A DNA stretch of 64,000 bases from Eledone cirrhosa (GCA_964016885.1 OZ024741.1:230888001-230952000); one strand, 5' to 3'. Numbered from the stretch's first letter, positions 38,285 to 52,500 are shown. Numbers and translations are program-made. The notes: generated by a model from the letters alone, not told the origin.

Positions 38285-38391
38285 CGCCAAGGTTAACTTT
38301 GCCTTTCATCCTTACGGGGTTGATAAAATAAAGTACCAGTAATGCACTGAGTAATTGCTGGCCTTGTGCCAAACGTAGAAACAATTATTAT
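38285..38391 (+). mobile_element. 5'-truncated SINE
   Basis: Core plus tail, ends in ATTATT. Confidence 0.85.
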
Positions 38392-38985
38392 TCGGCATCG
38401 TTTAAGATAAACATTTTGAGAGCGTTTAGAGATACAACGACAATAATAATTGTTATTATGGTGTTGTTGTTGCTATGTCTGACCGAGTCACTAAATCAGT
38501 CTATTTATATCTTTTTGTAGCTATCTCCTTTCTAGTCATGTGTAGTGGCACTACTAACTTCCCTCTCTTAACAGCAGGTAGTGAGGGAATAGTGGTGGTA
38601 GCGATGATGGAGTGGTCTCGGTGAGGATTGTGTAGTAGTACTCTAGTGATGGTGTTGTTGCTGCTGTGGGTTTGTCTCTAGCTAAATTGTGTGGTAGTGG
38701 TGGTGGTGGTGGCGGTGGTGATGGTGGTGTTGGTGGTGAAATTATTTGGCTTTTGTTTTCTTCTATTTGTCACCATTTTCTTTTTTGACTAAACTTTCTG
38801 ATGAAAAATTAAATATTTGAACCCTATGCCAGAGGGTTAATGGTTGTCACTTCATGAGAGTTAAGACTAGTGTCTTAAGTCACATTTGTAATAAGAATTA
38901 TTCTATCACAATTGTTTTAAATATGTAAAAAATCAAAAGATTACGGGAGCGATTCCATAACACTCTATCCACCATGTTCGTATTC
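38392..38985 (-). other. Second copy of the distal Dong-A upstream module
   Basis: Colinear with 14280-14860 (CTAAATCAGTCTA, GTAGTGGCACTACTA, TTCCATAACACTCTATCCACCATG). Confidence 0.75.
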
Positions 38986-39018
38986 ATCCATATTATTATT
39001 ATTATTATTATTATTATT

Positions 39019-42000
39019 GAAGGTGAAGCCACGCTTCTTATCGGCTCCGTTTTTTTTTCAAAAGTATACCTCGTTTTCGACCGTTCGTAACCGTTTATCC
39101 AAGTTTTAACTTAATAAATGTTTAGAAGAATTGGCCCACCCAATGCAGGGCTTCACCCGCAAATAATACGGCACCTCTTTATGGTGTGTCGTATTGTGTA
39201 AAAAATGATTTGAAAAAGAAACAAATTTATTTCAACATGGATAAGCCAAGAAAGAGAAATAGTACTGTAAGACAAGACAGAGAGAGACTGTGTCATCATG
39301 TCAACAAGACATCGTTCTAGCCAAGGTAAATATTAAAGAAAATATTATGAACGAAAAGAGGAACAATATTATTTTTAATGATACTGTTACAGATTTAAAA
39401 TTACCAAATATTACTAACATAAACAACACCAACAATAACACCACCAACAACACCATCAATAACAACAGCAACAACAAAAATAACAACGGTAAGGTCGAGG
39501 AAGACAATAACAATGACAATAACAACGGCCACAACAACAATAATAGTGGAAACAGTATCAACGAAAACAACAACAATGTCAACAATAACAGCAACAATAG
39601 TACCAACGAAAACATCAACAATGACATCAATACCAGTAACAGCGATCTCAGTAGCACCAGCAAGACCAGTAGGAGCAGCAATAGTGGTGCCGCTGAAAAA
39701 GGGGCCACTTTTTTTGCAGGTGTGGCCCGAAATATCGAAACAGTGCTAGTCACAGAGGAGGAGATGGCAGTCGCAAGGGCCATGGTGACAAGAAATGCCA
39801 ATAGAGTTTCCCTGAAACCTACACCTGATTTTTTCAAGAACCAGCAGCTACGGACGATGACTTACCGCACCGTAAGCAAAATGTCACAACGGGTGGAGAG
39901 AGCCACGGAGGGCCAAATCCAAAAGGCCTTGGGGTGCATCAGGGCGTGCAAAACCCACATCACTCGAGGCAGAAAGTATGGCACAGTAAACGTACTGTTC
40001 GTTAGCCCCAAAGAGGCGAAGTCTCGCACTTTGAAAACCCTAAAGAGTGAGGAGATAGTCTTGGTGCCCTCCTACTGCGGGTAGAAAATCGTGAGGGTCA
40101 AATTGACCCAGGTCCCACCCGGCGTGCCCATACCTTGGCTGGCTGCGTCTGTCCTTGCTGGAATCGAGGACAGGACGAACATGCTGCAAATAGAGAAAAT
40201 AGGGAGAGAGAAGTGGTCAGTTATAGGCATGCAAACCGACCAGCAGTGAAAATAAACTGACCATGAGTGCATCGACGCTATCCCCGATATCGTAGACATC
40301 GAGGAAGGACTCCAACTCCCTAAAAGTGTGGAAGGAAGACGCCCAAAATGTTATCTTTGTGTGTCAAAGCGTCACCTCAGGGCCTTTTCCCTCAGAAGAC
40401 AGCGAAGAAGTCCCCTCCTTCAAATGCCTGGTCCGCTGCTACCAAGAGCAGGGCAGGCAACAAACGCGCACGACCCTTCCAGGGGGAGTAGGAGCGCAAC
40501 ATCCGTGGCCACCGTAAAAAGGCCAGGGACAAATAAAACAGCAGCAGCAGTGGCGGCAACAACAGTAGCTACATTTGCTGTAAGAGCACCAGGAACAAAA
40601 TCGCCGGAGAGGGCTCCACTACCACCACCAACAGCCGTGTAGCACATATCCCTCCCATACGCCACGGAATCCGACATGGATTCTGAGGCGGGAGTGAAGT
40701 GGCGTACGGTCGCCCACCAAAAGCGAAGGCAAACAAAGAGGGGTAAAGGCTGCAAGGAGACTCGTAGAAAGGCCACCACCATCTCCAACCAAGAAACAAT
40801 ACACCACCATCACCAGCATCACCATAAACATCAACTTCGAAAACACAAGACAAACATACCAAGCAACAGCGACAAGAAAACAGCAACAAAACAAAACCAC
40901 CCCAAAACATTACAGAGCCATAAACATGGCAAATAAAGAACTATTAGAACATATAAAGCAGCAGACATATTACGGACACAAATTATTACACCCCAACACC
41001 AAGAACTCTCCCGAAAAATATAAACATTATTGAAATTAAAATAGAACATTATAAACATTTAAAAGAAAAATTCCCCAACGCAGTTGGAGACTTCAGTGAG
41101 TCAGTTACCTAAAGGATATACACCGACATCATCTTGGAGACACCCATAACCAGCCAAAGAGACGGTTCAACTGTTCCTTCCCCACACGATCAAGGTAGGT
41201 GATCCTTTGTCACTTACTCCATTTCTCACCCAACATGGCCTTACTTAGAATAGGAAGTATAAATGTACGTGGGCTGGGGTCATCTTGGAAGCAGGGCCAC
41301 CGGCTTAACGATCTCAGGTCACTAGACATAGATGTGTTGACCTTCAACCAGACTTGTCACCGATCTTCGGCGGCTACGATGTATTCGCATCTCCCAGCTG
41401 CCCGGGAGTGGGGTGTGGAGTTGCTGTGCTTTTTCAGAGAGGTTTGGATCTCGCCATACTGGTCATCTTTCTGGACCCAGAAGGTAAGTCGACGGTACTG
41501 GACGTGACCGCCAGTGAAGGCAATCCTTTCAGGCTAGTAGCCGTTTACGCCCCAACAGGGGCAGAGCGGCCAGATTTCTTCAGACTTCTAGAAACCTTTC
41601 TTGGAACGACCCGCACTTTAGTGTTAGTAGGTGACTGGAACGGTATCTTAGATGTACGCTTGGAATATGTGGGGCTAGTAAATAAGGGAGGAGGATGTAA
41701 AAGCTTCACCAACCTGCTCAGATGTGTTCAACTGTCTGGATTATCCGAATGTGCCACTGTGGTCATGGGCAAACCGCATCAGGTCATCCAGATCGTATCA
41801 AGATAGGGAATTATGTAGGGAAACAGATAAGACTAGCGTATGTTGTCCACAATTTACAGTAGTCGGCTACTCGGGCCACAAATTTGTGATCTGTGAATTC
41901 GACGTAGATAGATTTCATAGGAAAGGACCAGGTCACTGGAAGCTGAACGCGTCGTTCACGGCGCGCAAAGCTTACGGATAACGGATAACCGAATAAGTTA

Positions 42001-44435
42001 AGCGTGCGTTGACGGGTGCGATCGTCAACAACAGGTGGTGGTTTACCCTGAAAAGGGAATTAGAGTAGCATCAATAAGGTTTAGCAAATGAGTAAAGATA
42101 GAGGTAAATAGAGTAGACGGAGAGCTAGTTAGAAAGCTAGAAGAGGCGTTTAGGACAGGCATCGCAACCGATGTGCTTGCGGCAAGATTGACACTCGACT
42201 AATTCTTCAATGCAAAACACGAAGGCTGCGGTGTCAGAGCTAGAGCGCGTGCTCTGAGGCAAGAGGGGACAAAAGCTGTCCAATGGGCCTGGGTGGTGGA
42301 GGCGCGACGTGGCAACAAAGACACAATTCAATCTTTGCCTGACCAAAACGGGCGCACGTTACTCGAACCCGAGCAGATCTGTGAGGCTTTTCAGCAGCAC
42401 TTTGTTCAACTGTTTGGGAGCGGCCATGGGCCAGATTGGAGTATAAACTTCAGTGCATACCTCGAGGGACTGCCGCAGCTCTCAGCGACCGCAGTGCAGT
42501 ATTGCTAAAAGCCGATAACAACAGGTAAAATACGGGAAGTGATGTCTGACTGCCCGAAGGGTAAATCTCCAGGTTTGGATCGTCTGCCCTACGTGCTTTA
42601 TGCGTACATACCAGACGACTTCGGCCACCTTTTGGCAGACGTCTACAGCAACTGGCAGCAGAACGGGAGCATTCTAAGTTTTGTGAGCAGGGGAGCTGTG
42701 GAGCTGTTTAGAAAAATCCCAAACAAAGAGGATGTTGTAGACTACTTCAGGCCCATAACTCTGTTCAACACAGATTTCAAGATGTTGTCCAAGCTGATAG
42801 CAACGAGATTGGCGCTTGTCGTCGATAATCTGGTAGAAGAGGCGCAGGCATGAGCCATTCCAGGCAGATGATCCACGACGACCTTCACTTTATGGGATAC
42901 GTCAGAGAGAGGGCGGTTAAGGAACCTGACACGGGTGGGGCCCTGATTAACTTAGACCAATCTAAAGCATTTCATAAGGTCGACCATCGCTACCTGGCGG
43001 CGGTCCTCGCGGCAGTTGGTTTCAGGCCCATTAGGGGCTGAATCCCTGCGATGCACAGCGACATCTGCTCAGCGGTGAAGGTGAACGGTCATCTGTCACA
43101 GCGTTTCAGCATCATGCGCTCGGTCCGTCAGGGTTGTCTCATCTCGTCACTCCTGTGCGTATTGGCCCCAGAGCCGTTACTGCACAAGTTGGAGGCGATG
43201 AGAAACGTCCCACGCGAACTGGGATGTGGGAGAACCGTATCGGCTTAAGCCGACGACGTCACCGTCGTGGTGTCAATCGCCAGACATGTCCAGATGCTTG
43301 GCACCGTTCTCAAGGAATATGAAGCAGTGGCAGGAGCAACTTTAAACCAGGTAATGTCGGTGAAATTGCAGCTCGGCACCTGGAGAACAAGTCCATGTAG
43401 ACGTGGGGAAAGTGTATGTGTCCTGGGGCGCTGGATGAAGGACCGGTTAAATTGCTCGGGGTCTGGTCCTGTCCGGACCTCCAGATGGAGAAGCGACTGG
43501 AGCGAGGTGACGAACAGGGTTGCCTCTCTCACCTTCGAAGGGGAAACTGTCCCTAAAAGGTCGGGCAGAGGTGGCGAATGCGTTCATCGCATCCGTCATC
43601 TGCTACCGCATAACCGTTGTGCCTTGCCCTGGCCACATCTGACAACAATGGAGCGCCTCCTCTTCCGCTTTTTATGGAAGGGAGGTGCTCCCATGGTCAG
43701 ACGATCCCTCTGCTGTCAACACCCTTTGCGTGGATGGCTGGGCATGCTGTGGCTGATGATATGCAAACACGCGCTGAGGCTGCGACATTTCTGGTGCTTC
43801 CTTGACGGTGAACAGGATTGGTTACCGTTTGCCAGACGTTTTTTTCCGAAACTCGCCTCATTATCGGAGCTGCAGTCCTGGATCGGGAAAAGACCGAGGG
43901 ATAGCGCTTGGAAGCTGGAATGTCTCCAAGTGTTCACAGCCTTCTACCAGCTGGACACTAGTATCGGTGGAAGATCCACATCAGCGTTCTATAGAGGACT
44001 AGTGGAGGCGAAGAGTGACGCCGTTCTCGGGGAGACCCTGGGCGTCGAAGACGATCAGCTTTTCGCTCTCTTAAAGACAATTTTCAGCCCGAGACCTATG
44101 GATAACATCCAGAAATCCCTGGCCTGGCAGTGGTACCGGGGAGCATTGCTGGTTCAAGATAAGTTCGACAGGCATGGAAGTGCTGTCAGCTGGACCTGTC
44201 CGGGACGCGGACACAGTGAGGAAAGCGTTGTACACGCATTAGTTCAGTGTCCGAGCATTGCTGAACTGTGGAGCTATGTCGAACATTTGCTGTCACGTGT
44301 AGGACGGATTCGGTTATCGACTGAGTCCTTTGTGCAGATAGCCATGCCGTCCAACTTTAAGGAGGAGGAAGGGCAGGCAGTTTTCATCTGCCTGGTGGCC
44401 ATGGCGACAGAGATTGTATGGTGGACAAGGTTGAG
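39019..44435 (+). mobile_element. Tx1-clade LINE family C, 5' intact, 3' end lost
   Basis: Starts after (ATT)n; ORF1 ATG 39237 (N-rich, RGRKYGTVNVLF, EGRRPKCYLC); ORF2 ATG 41235 (MALLRIGSINVRGL); breaks after VWWTRL. Confidence 0.9.
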
Positions 44436-44467
44436 AAAAACTGGAGCCGATAGGAAGCGTGGCTTCA
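44436..44467 (-). mobile_element. Remnant 5' terminus (~32 nt) of an oppositely oriented Tx1-C
   Basis: Reverse complement TGAAGCCACGCTTCCTATCGGCTCCAGTTTTT matches 39024-39055; abuts (AAT)n. Confidence 0.8.
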
Positions 44468-44481
44468 ATAATAATAATAAT

Positions 44482-47400
44482 GATTTCTTTATTGGCCACA
44501 AAAGGGCTGACATCAAGAAAAATATTACAGACGGCAAAGGACGGTACAGGATGGTACGAGTGGGATTTGGGCGTGTAAAGATATTTATTATTTATATAAG
44601 AAACGAAAAAGAAAAAAAGACATAGAAAGATATATATATATATAGTATAAACAATAACCATGAAAATTGAAACAATAAAAAATTCCCCAAAAGGGGGGAA
44701 ACCTCCGAGATTTACTCGTGGCGAAAACCACACAAAAGACCACGGCCAGCCTGACCACCAGGGCAAGCGCCCTCTCTCAATTTTTCCCATTCCTCAAAAC
44801 TACAAGCATATATTCAGAGCGGTCCCGTTCACTCGGACCATTCTCGCTACATTCACCCTCCTTTCAACAATTTTCCTCTTCAAGTGAAACTTGAAAAAGT
44901 TAATCAGGGATTCGCCGAAGAGGAAAGTGTCTGTCTTTAACCCTTTCAATATTGTCCACCACACAATCTCTTTTGCCATGGCCACCAGGCAGATGAAAAC
45001 TGTTTGCCCTTCCTCCTCGAAGAAAGACGGCAAGACCATCTGCACGATGGACTCAGTCGATAACCGGATCGGTGCTACAAGAGACAGCAACTGTTCGACA
45101 TAGCTCCACAAGTCAGAAATGCTCGGGCACTGAACGAGTGTGTGCATGACGGTTTCGTCGCTCTGCGCACATCTCGGACAGGCTCGGCTGACGGCACTTC
45201 CAATCCTGTAGAGCTTATTTCGCACCCGCAAATTTCCCCCGTACCACTGCCAGGCGAGGGATTTCTGGTAGTTATCCATAGGCCCTCGGCTGAAAGTTCT
45301 CAGGAAGAGAGCAAACAGCTGATTTTCTTCGACGCCCAGGATCTCTCCGAGAACGTCGTCGCTCTTCCGCTCCACTAGTCGTCTATAGAACGCCGAGGTG
45401 GATGTTCCACCGACACTGGTGCCCAGCTGGCAGAGGGGAGTGAGCGCCTGGAGACATTCCAGTTCCCAAGCGCCATCCCTCGGTCTTTTCCTGACCCAGG
45501 ACTGCAGCTCCTTCAAGGAGACGAGCTGTGGGAAAACGTGCCTGGCGACCGGCGACCACACCTGTTCACCGTCAAGGAAGCACCAGTGATGTCGCAGCCT
45601 TAGCGCGCGTTTGCGCATCATCAGCCATGGCATGCCCAGTCCTCCACGCAACGGGTGTTGACAGCAGATGACGTCGGCCAATAGGTCGCCGAATAAATCT
45701 GGCATGTACGCACAAAGCTCGTAGGGCAGACCATCCAAACCTGGAGATTACCCCTCGGGCAATCAGACATCGCTTCGCGTATTTCACCTGCTGTCATCGG
45801 CTTTTCGCAACACTGCACTGCCGTCGCCGAGAGCTGCGGCAGTATTTCGAGGTATGCACTGAAGTTCATACTCCGATCTGACCCGCCGCCGCTCCCAAAT
45901 AGTTGAGCAAAGTGCTGGTGAAAAGCGTCACACATCTGCTCGGGTTCGAGTAACGTGCCCGTTTTGGTCAGGCAACGATTCAATTGTGGCTTTGTTGCCA
46001 CGTCGTGCCTCCACCACTCAAGACAATTGGACAGCTTTTGACCCCTATTGAGTCAGAGCACTTGCTCTAGCTCTGACAACGCACCCTTCGTGCTTTGCAT
46101 TGAATAATTGATCGAGTGCCAATCTTGCCGGAAGCCCGTCGGTTGCGATGCCTGTCCTAAACGCCTCTTCTAGCTTTCTAACTAGTTCTCCTTCTACTCT
46201 ATTTTCCTCTATCTTTACTCCTTTGCTAATACTCTAATAGCCCTGTCAGGGTAAACCACCACCTGTTGTTGACGATCAGACGCGTCAACGCTCGCTTAAC
46301 TAATTCGCTAATCCGGTCTCTGTAAACTCTGCGCGCCGGGAGCCAGGCGTTCAGCATCCAGTAGCCGCGCCCTTGCCTATGGTGCCTATCTAAGTCAACT
46401 TCACAGATCACAAACTTGTGGTCCGTGTAGTCGACTACTTTCAATTGTGGACAGCCTCCACTAGCCTCATCTTTTTAACTACAGAATACCCTATCAAAAT
46501 ACGATCTGGATGACCTGATGCGGTTTTCCACATTGGCGCATTCGGATAATCCAGTCTATACCTGTCAGACAGTTCAAAACGTCTGAGCAGGTTGTTGAGG
46601 CTTTTACACACTCCTGCCCTGTCTACTAGCTCCACATAATCCCAGCATGCATCTAAGATACCGTTAGTCGCCCACCATCACTAAAGAGCGGGACGTTCCT
46701 AGAAAGGTCTCTAGATGTCTGAAGAAATTCTGGCCGTCCTGCTCCTGTTGGGGCGTAGACGGATACTAGCTTGAAAGTATTGCCTTCGCTGACGGTCACG
46801 TCCAGCACCACCGACTTACCTTCTGGGTCCAGGAAGATGGCAAGTATGGGTAGATCCAAGCCTCTCCGAAAAAGCACATCAACCTCTCCCACCGTCCCTG
46901 GACGGCTGGGAGATGCGTATACGCCGTAGCCGCTGAAAATCGGTGCGAATGCTCGTGCTTCGGAGATTCTGGTCTCGCTGATGGCCACTACATCTATGTT
47001 TAGTGGCCTGATGTCTTTGAGCAGGTGACCTTACATCCAAGATGACCCCAGGCCACGTACATTTATACTGCCTATTCTAACAACGACCATGTTGGATGAG
47101 AAACGGGGCAAATGAGAAATGATCACTTACCTTGATCGTGTGTTGAAGGGACAGTAGAACCGTCCCTTTGGCTGGTCATGGGTGTTTCCAAGAGGATGTC
47201 GGTGTATATCCTCTTGGCAACCGAACCTCTGAAGTCTCCAACTGCGTTGCGGAATTTTTGTTTTAAAAGTTTGTACTGTTCTATTTTGATTTAAATGATG
47301 CTTATGTCTGTCAGGAGAGTTCTTGGTGCTGGTGGGGTGTAGTAGGTTTTTTCTGTGATGTCTGTGTGCTGCTTTAAATGTTATATGAGTTCTTTATTTG

Positions 47401-49307
47401 CCATGTTTATGGCTGTGTACTTTTGGTGGGAGGGGGGATTTTGTTGCTGTTTATTTGTTGTTGCTGTTGGGAGTGTTTGTTTTGTTGTGTTTGCGATGTT
47501 GGTGTTTTTGGTGATGCTGGTGGTGGTGTGGTTGTTGTTGGTAGTCATGATTGTGGTGGTGATGGTGATTGTGGTGGTGTTGCTGCAAGTCTCCTTGCAG
47601 CCTTTACCCCTCTTTGTCTGCCTTAGCTTTTGGAGGGTGAAGCTAATGAGTTTTTCCTCTTTTGTTTTTTGTGGCAGACCGTTTGCCACTTCCCTCCCAC
47701 CTCATATTCCATGTCAGATTCCGTGGCGTCTGGGAGGGGTATGAGCTCCACTGCTGTTGGTGGTGGTAGTGGAGCCCACTCCGGCGATTTTGCCGCCGAT
47801 CTGGCTATTGCGACTGTTGGTGTTGCCACCACTGCTGCCGTTACTTTAGTTGTCCGTGGCCTTGGTATGGGTGCCAGGGACGTTGCCCTCCTACTCACCA
47901 TGGAAGTGTCTTCTGCCTCGATTACCTGCCCTGCTCTTGGTAGTAGTGGATCAGGCGTAGGAAGGAGGGGGAGCCCTCATCTTGGCTGTCTCCTGCCGGC
48001 AGAAGGCCCTGAGGTGACCCATCTGCCCACAGGGATAACACTTTGGGCGCCTTCCTTCCACACTTATAGGGAGTTGGAGCTCTTCTTCTAGGCCTATGAT
48101 GTATGGGATGGCCTCGATGCACTCCTGGTCAGTCTGTATTAGTATCTGCATGCCTATTCCTGAGCAGTTCTCTCTTCCCATTCTCTGTATTTCCAGTATG
48201 GTGGTCTTCTCCTCCATTCCAGCCAGTACAGACGCGGCCAGCTAACGTATGGCCACGTCGGGTGGAGCCTGGGTCACTTTGACCCTCACAATACTCTGCC
48301 CGCAGTAGGAGGGCACCAGGACTATCTCCTCACTCTGTAGGGTTTCCAAAGTGTGAGACTTCGCCTCTTTGGGGGTGGCGAAAAGTACGTCTACTGTGGC
48401 GTACTTTTTGCCTGGGTGATGTGGATTTCGCGCCCGGATGCACCCAAACGCCTTTTGGATTTGAGCTTCTGTGGCTCTCCCCACCTGATGTGACATTTTA
48501 TTTACGATGCGGTAAGTCACCGTGCGCAGCTGCCTGTCTTTGAAGAAATCGGGTAGAGGTTTCAGGGAAACTCTATCGTCGTTTCTCGACACCATGGCTC
48601 TTGCGACTGCCATCTTCTCCTCCGTGACTAGCACTGTCTCTATATTTCGGGCCACACCTGCGAAAGAAGTCGCCCCTTTTCAAGTGGCACCATTATTGCT
48701 GCCGCTACTGGTCTTGCTGTTGGTGCTGTTGTTGTTGCTACTGCTACAAACGGTGTTGTTGGTGTTGTTGCTCTTATCACTGTTGTCTAGTCGGTTGTGT
48801 TTTTGGTGCCACAGTTGTTGTTTTCTGTGCAATTTGTTGGTGTTCTCGTTGTTTATTTTCTTGTTAGTGGTGTTAATATCGTTGTTGCATTTGTTGTCAT
48901 TTTTTCTGTTGTCTGTATTTTGGTTGACGCCGTTACTCTTGTAGTTGGTGTGGTAAATTTTTCAAAATTAGTGTTCTCAGTGTTGTCTTTGTTCACGTTG
49001 TTTGTATTGGTGTCTGTTGTATGAGTTTCACTAAGCTTCCTCTCAACTTTTAGGCCGTTGTCACACAACAGCGGACACATTTCAGGTGGGCGTGGCTCAG
49101 CCATGTTTCTTTAAAAAAAAAAAAAATTCTAAAAGTAAAATGTTCAAATATTTGTGCCAAAAGTCCCAAATATTATACTTTCCCCTTCACAGGGCAAAGT
49201 TTAAGGGCTTATATCACTTACACAACAAGAAATATTTAACAACAAATAATTTTAACAGGCAAATAAAGCGACTTACTAGGAACGAGCAAAAAGCGTCCGA
49301 ACAGACC
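44482..49307 (-). mobile_element. Chimeric Tx1 LINE: family B 5' UTR and ORF1 N-terminus on a family C body; RT domain deleted
   Basis: 5' GGTCTG..GTAAGTCGCTTTATTTGCCTG and MAEPRPP (B); ARNIETVLVTEE and CYPCGQMGHLRAFC (C); ORF2 ATG 47090; LLADV fused to ICCQHPL near 45670. Confidence 0.88.
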
Positions 49308-49325
49308 GATAATAATAATGATAAT

Positions 49326-49513
49326 AATTGTTTCTAGTTTAGGCACAAGGCCAGCAATTATCCAGTACATTACTAGTACTTTATTTTATCGACCCCGTAA
49401 GGATGAAAGGCAAAGTTAACCTCGGCGGGATGTGAAACCAGAGTGTAAAGGGACGAAACTATGCTAGAAAGCATGGCGTCCAAGCCCCTACCGATACTGC
49501 CAATTCCCCACCC
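49326..49513 (-). mobile_element. SINE copy between two Tx1 elements
   Basis: Head, core and tail; AAT runs on both sides. Confidence 0.88.
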
Positions 49514-49532
49514 TTAATAATAATGATAATAA

Positions 49533-52500
49533 TGATTTCATTTAATTGCCATAAGGGCCGATATGTAAGGTACAATACAAAGACTCCGACAGTGAGGGTT
49601 TACAATAAGGTCGATTAAAAGTGCACAATGGCAAGACTAATTTAACAATGAAGATATAAATATATAAAATGAACTAATCATATATATAACAAAATAAATT
49701 CCCCTATAGAGGGTGGGCGACCGAGGGGTAACTCAGGTACCCCATCAATCCTGAACCACCCTGCGCTTCTAGGACATCTAGGGAGAGCACGCCTCTCCTC
49801 AAATTAGGTAGCCTATAGGCGCATGGTCAGAGTAGGACCATTCATACGGGCCATTTCGCCACATGCATCCACCCATTAGCAAATGTCCTGGGGAGAAGAC
49901 GTCGATGAGGGAATTACCGAAGGGTAAAGTGTCTGACTCCAGTTCTTTCAATCTGCTCCACCATATAATTTCTTTCGCAACTGCCACCAGACATAGGAAA
50001 ATTGCCTGCTCTTCCTGGCCAAAGGAAGGCGGCGGGTCGATCTTCACTATGGACTCGGCCGATAGCCGGATCCGTTCTACACGCCACAGTAGCTGTTCGA
50101 CATAACTCCACATGTCAGTAATGCACAGACATTGGAGAAGTGCGTGCAGAACGGTTTCTCCGCTCTGCGCGCATCTCGGACAGGTCCGTCTGACAGCACT
50201 TCCGTGCCTGTAGAGTTTATCCTGAACCGGCAGTGCCTCCCCCCCCCCCCGGTATCACTGCCAAGCGAGGGATTTCTGGAAATTGTTCATCGTCAACGGC
50301 TAGAAAGTCCTCCGCAACAGACTGATCCGTTCGACTTCGTCGAGGCCCAAAGATTCTCCGAGTGCGTCATCGCACTTGTCCACCACTAATCCTCTATAGA
50401 GCTCGAGAGTGGAAGTTCCACTGATCGCATTGCCCGCTTGGTAGAGGGCAGTGAGTGCCTGGCAACATTCCAGATTCCAGTCACCCAGTCTTGGTCTCTT
50501 CTTGACATAGGACTGCAGATCAGTCAAAGAAACGAACTGTGTAAAGGCCCGTCTGATAAACGGCGACCACACCGTTCACTGCTTAGGTAGAATATCTGGA
50601 GATGTCGCACCCTCAGCGCAGGTCTGCGCATCATTAGACACTGCATGCTCAGCCCTCCGCGTAGAGGGTACTGGCAGCAGATGGACCGCCTCATCAACGG
50701 GACTTGTCGTCTCCAAAAGAATGTGAAGAGGAGCCCTTCTAACGTGGCGAGGCGCGGACGGGGGCAAGCCACGATGGTCAGTCGGTAGTAGATGACGGAC
50801 GCGATGTACGCATTCGCAACCTCCGCGCGACCTTTCAGTGATAGCTTCCTCGCAGCCCATTTTTGAGTGAGACTGGCTACCCTGCTCGTTACCAAACCTT
50901 TTCCACCTAGAGGTCTGGTCCGAACGAAACCCCGAGCATCTTTACAGGTCCGTCCGTCGAACACCCCACGACGCTATTGGACGGCATGGACTTGCCGCTC
51001 CAGGTTCCGAGCTGCAAGTGAACCTGTCAACTTTTCAAATTCCTTCAATAAGGAGCCGACCACCTCCATTTCAGAGGTGTCCGACACCATCACGGTGATG
51101 TCGTCCGCATAAACCGACACAACCCTTCCACTTCCCGGTTCGAGTGAGATGCCCTGCAACAGCTCCAGCTGCAGCAGTAAAGAGTCGAGAGTCAATATAT
51201 ACAGAAGGAAGAACCGAAATAGTTCCGAGAGGTAGCCATTAACCATGACCACCGAGCAGGTGCCGCCGTGCATTGCACCGATCCAGCTTTTGAAGACAGG
51301 GCCGAAGCTAGTTGATTTGAGGCCAGCCTGCTGATACAAATGTTCGTCCCTATCGAATGCTTTCGATTGATCTAAATTGATCAGTGCCCCACCGAAGCCA
51401 GGTTTACACTCTACACTCTCTATGATGTATCGCATGAGTTGGAGGTTGTTGTGCATGGACCTGCCTGGGATTTCGCAAGTTTGTGCCTCCCCAACCAAAT
51501 CCACGACGACAAGCACCAATCTCTTTGCTAACACCTTGGCCACATTCTTAAACTCTGTGTTGAGCAGAATTATGGGCCTGAAGTTGTCTAATGTATCCCT
51601 CTTGTTCTCGTCTTCCTTATCAGCGTCACAACTCCCCTGCTCACAGAACTGGAAATACTCCCATTCTGCTGCCATTTGCAGTAGAGCGCTTCGAGGAGAT
51701 CGGAGAACAAGTCTGGCATATTTACGTAAAGCTCATAGGGCAAGCCATCCAATCCGGGTGACTTTCGCCTTATGCAGCCGACAACGGCGTCCTATTTTTC
51801 GGCTGAAGTAATCGGCCTTTTACAGCGCTCAGCGTCGACCGTCCAGATGCGCTGCAAGCCGTCAAGGTAGGGACTGCAATCTGCTACTCTCTCTGACCCG
51901 CCAATCTCCCCGAACAACCGAGCAAAGTGCTGGTTGTTCGCTTATCTCGTGTCCGTCTCGGTCGCCAGTGATCGAATTGTGGTATAATTACCACGCGGCG
52001 CTTCCTCCACGCTGACCCAGCGAAAAGATTTGGTTTTCTCGTTTCTTGACGCAGGCGCCTTAGCTCTGGCAATGCAACCTTCGTGTCGTGTTTCGCATTG
52101 AAGAAATGGTCTAATGTCATTCTCGCTGCTAGCACGTCAGTTGCAATGCCACTACAAATAGCCTCGAGTAACTTATCGACCAGCTCCCCCTTCTTTCTAT
52201 TTTTCTCTAACGCTAGTTCTTTGCTGAACTCTATCGAAGATACTCTAATCTCTCTTTTGAGAGCCCCCCACCATCTGTTGTTGATGATCCCCCCTGTCAA
52301 CTTTTACTTAACTAAATTGTTGACTCGGCTCCTGTAAGCCTTGCGTGTCGGAAATGACAGGTTCAGCTTCCAGTAACCCGGTCCCAACCTCCGCGTTTTA
52401 TCTAGGTCGACTATACAGATCACACATTTCTGATCTGAATAGGCGACCGTTTTAAAAAGTGGGCAGCCTACACTATTTCTATCTATTTTCCTAATGAAGA

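Noticed and set aside
39301-39837. Hydrophobic Leu/Val-rich ORFs resembling membrane proteins (also 21089-21394, 47355-47744, 48522-48944)
   Set aside because: Antisense translation of (AAC)/(ACC)-rich ORF1 tracts
39019-44467. DNA transposon with terminal inverted repeats
   Set aside because: Interior is Tx1 ORF1/ORF2 with no transposase; the inverted end is a remnant LINE 5' terminus
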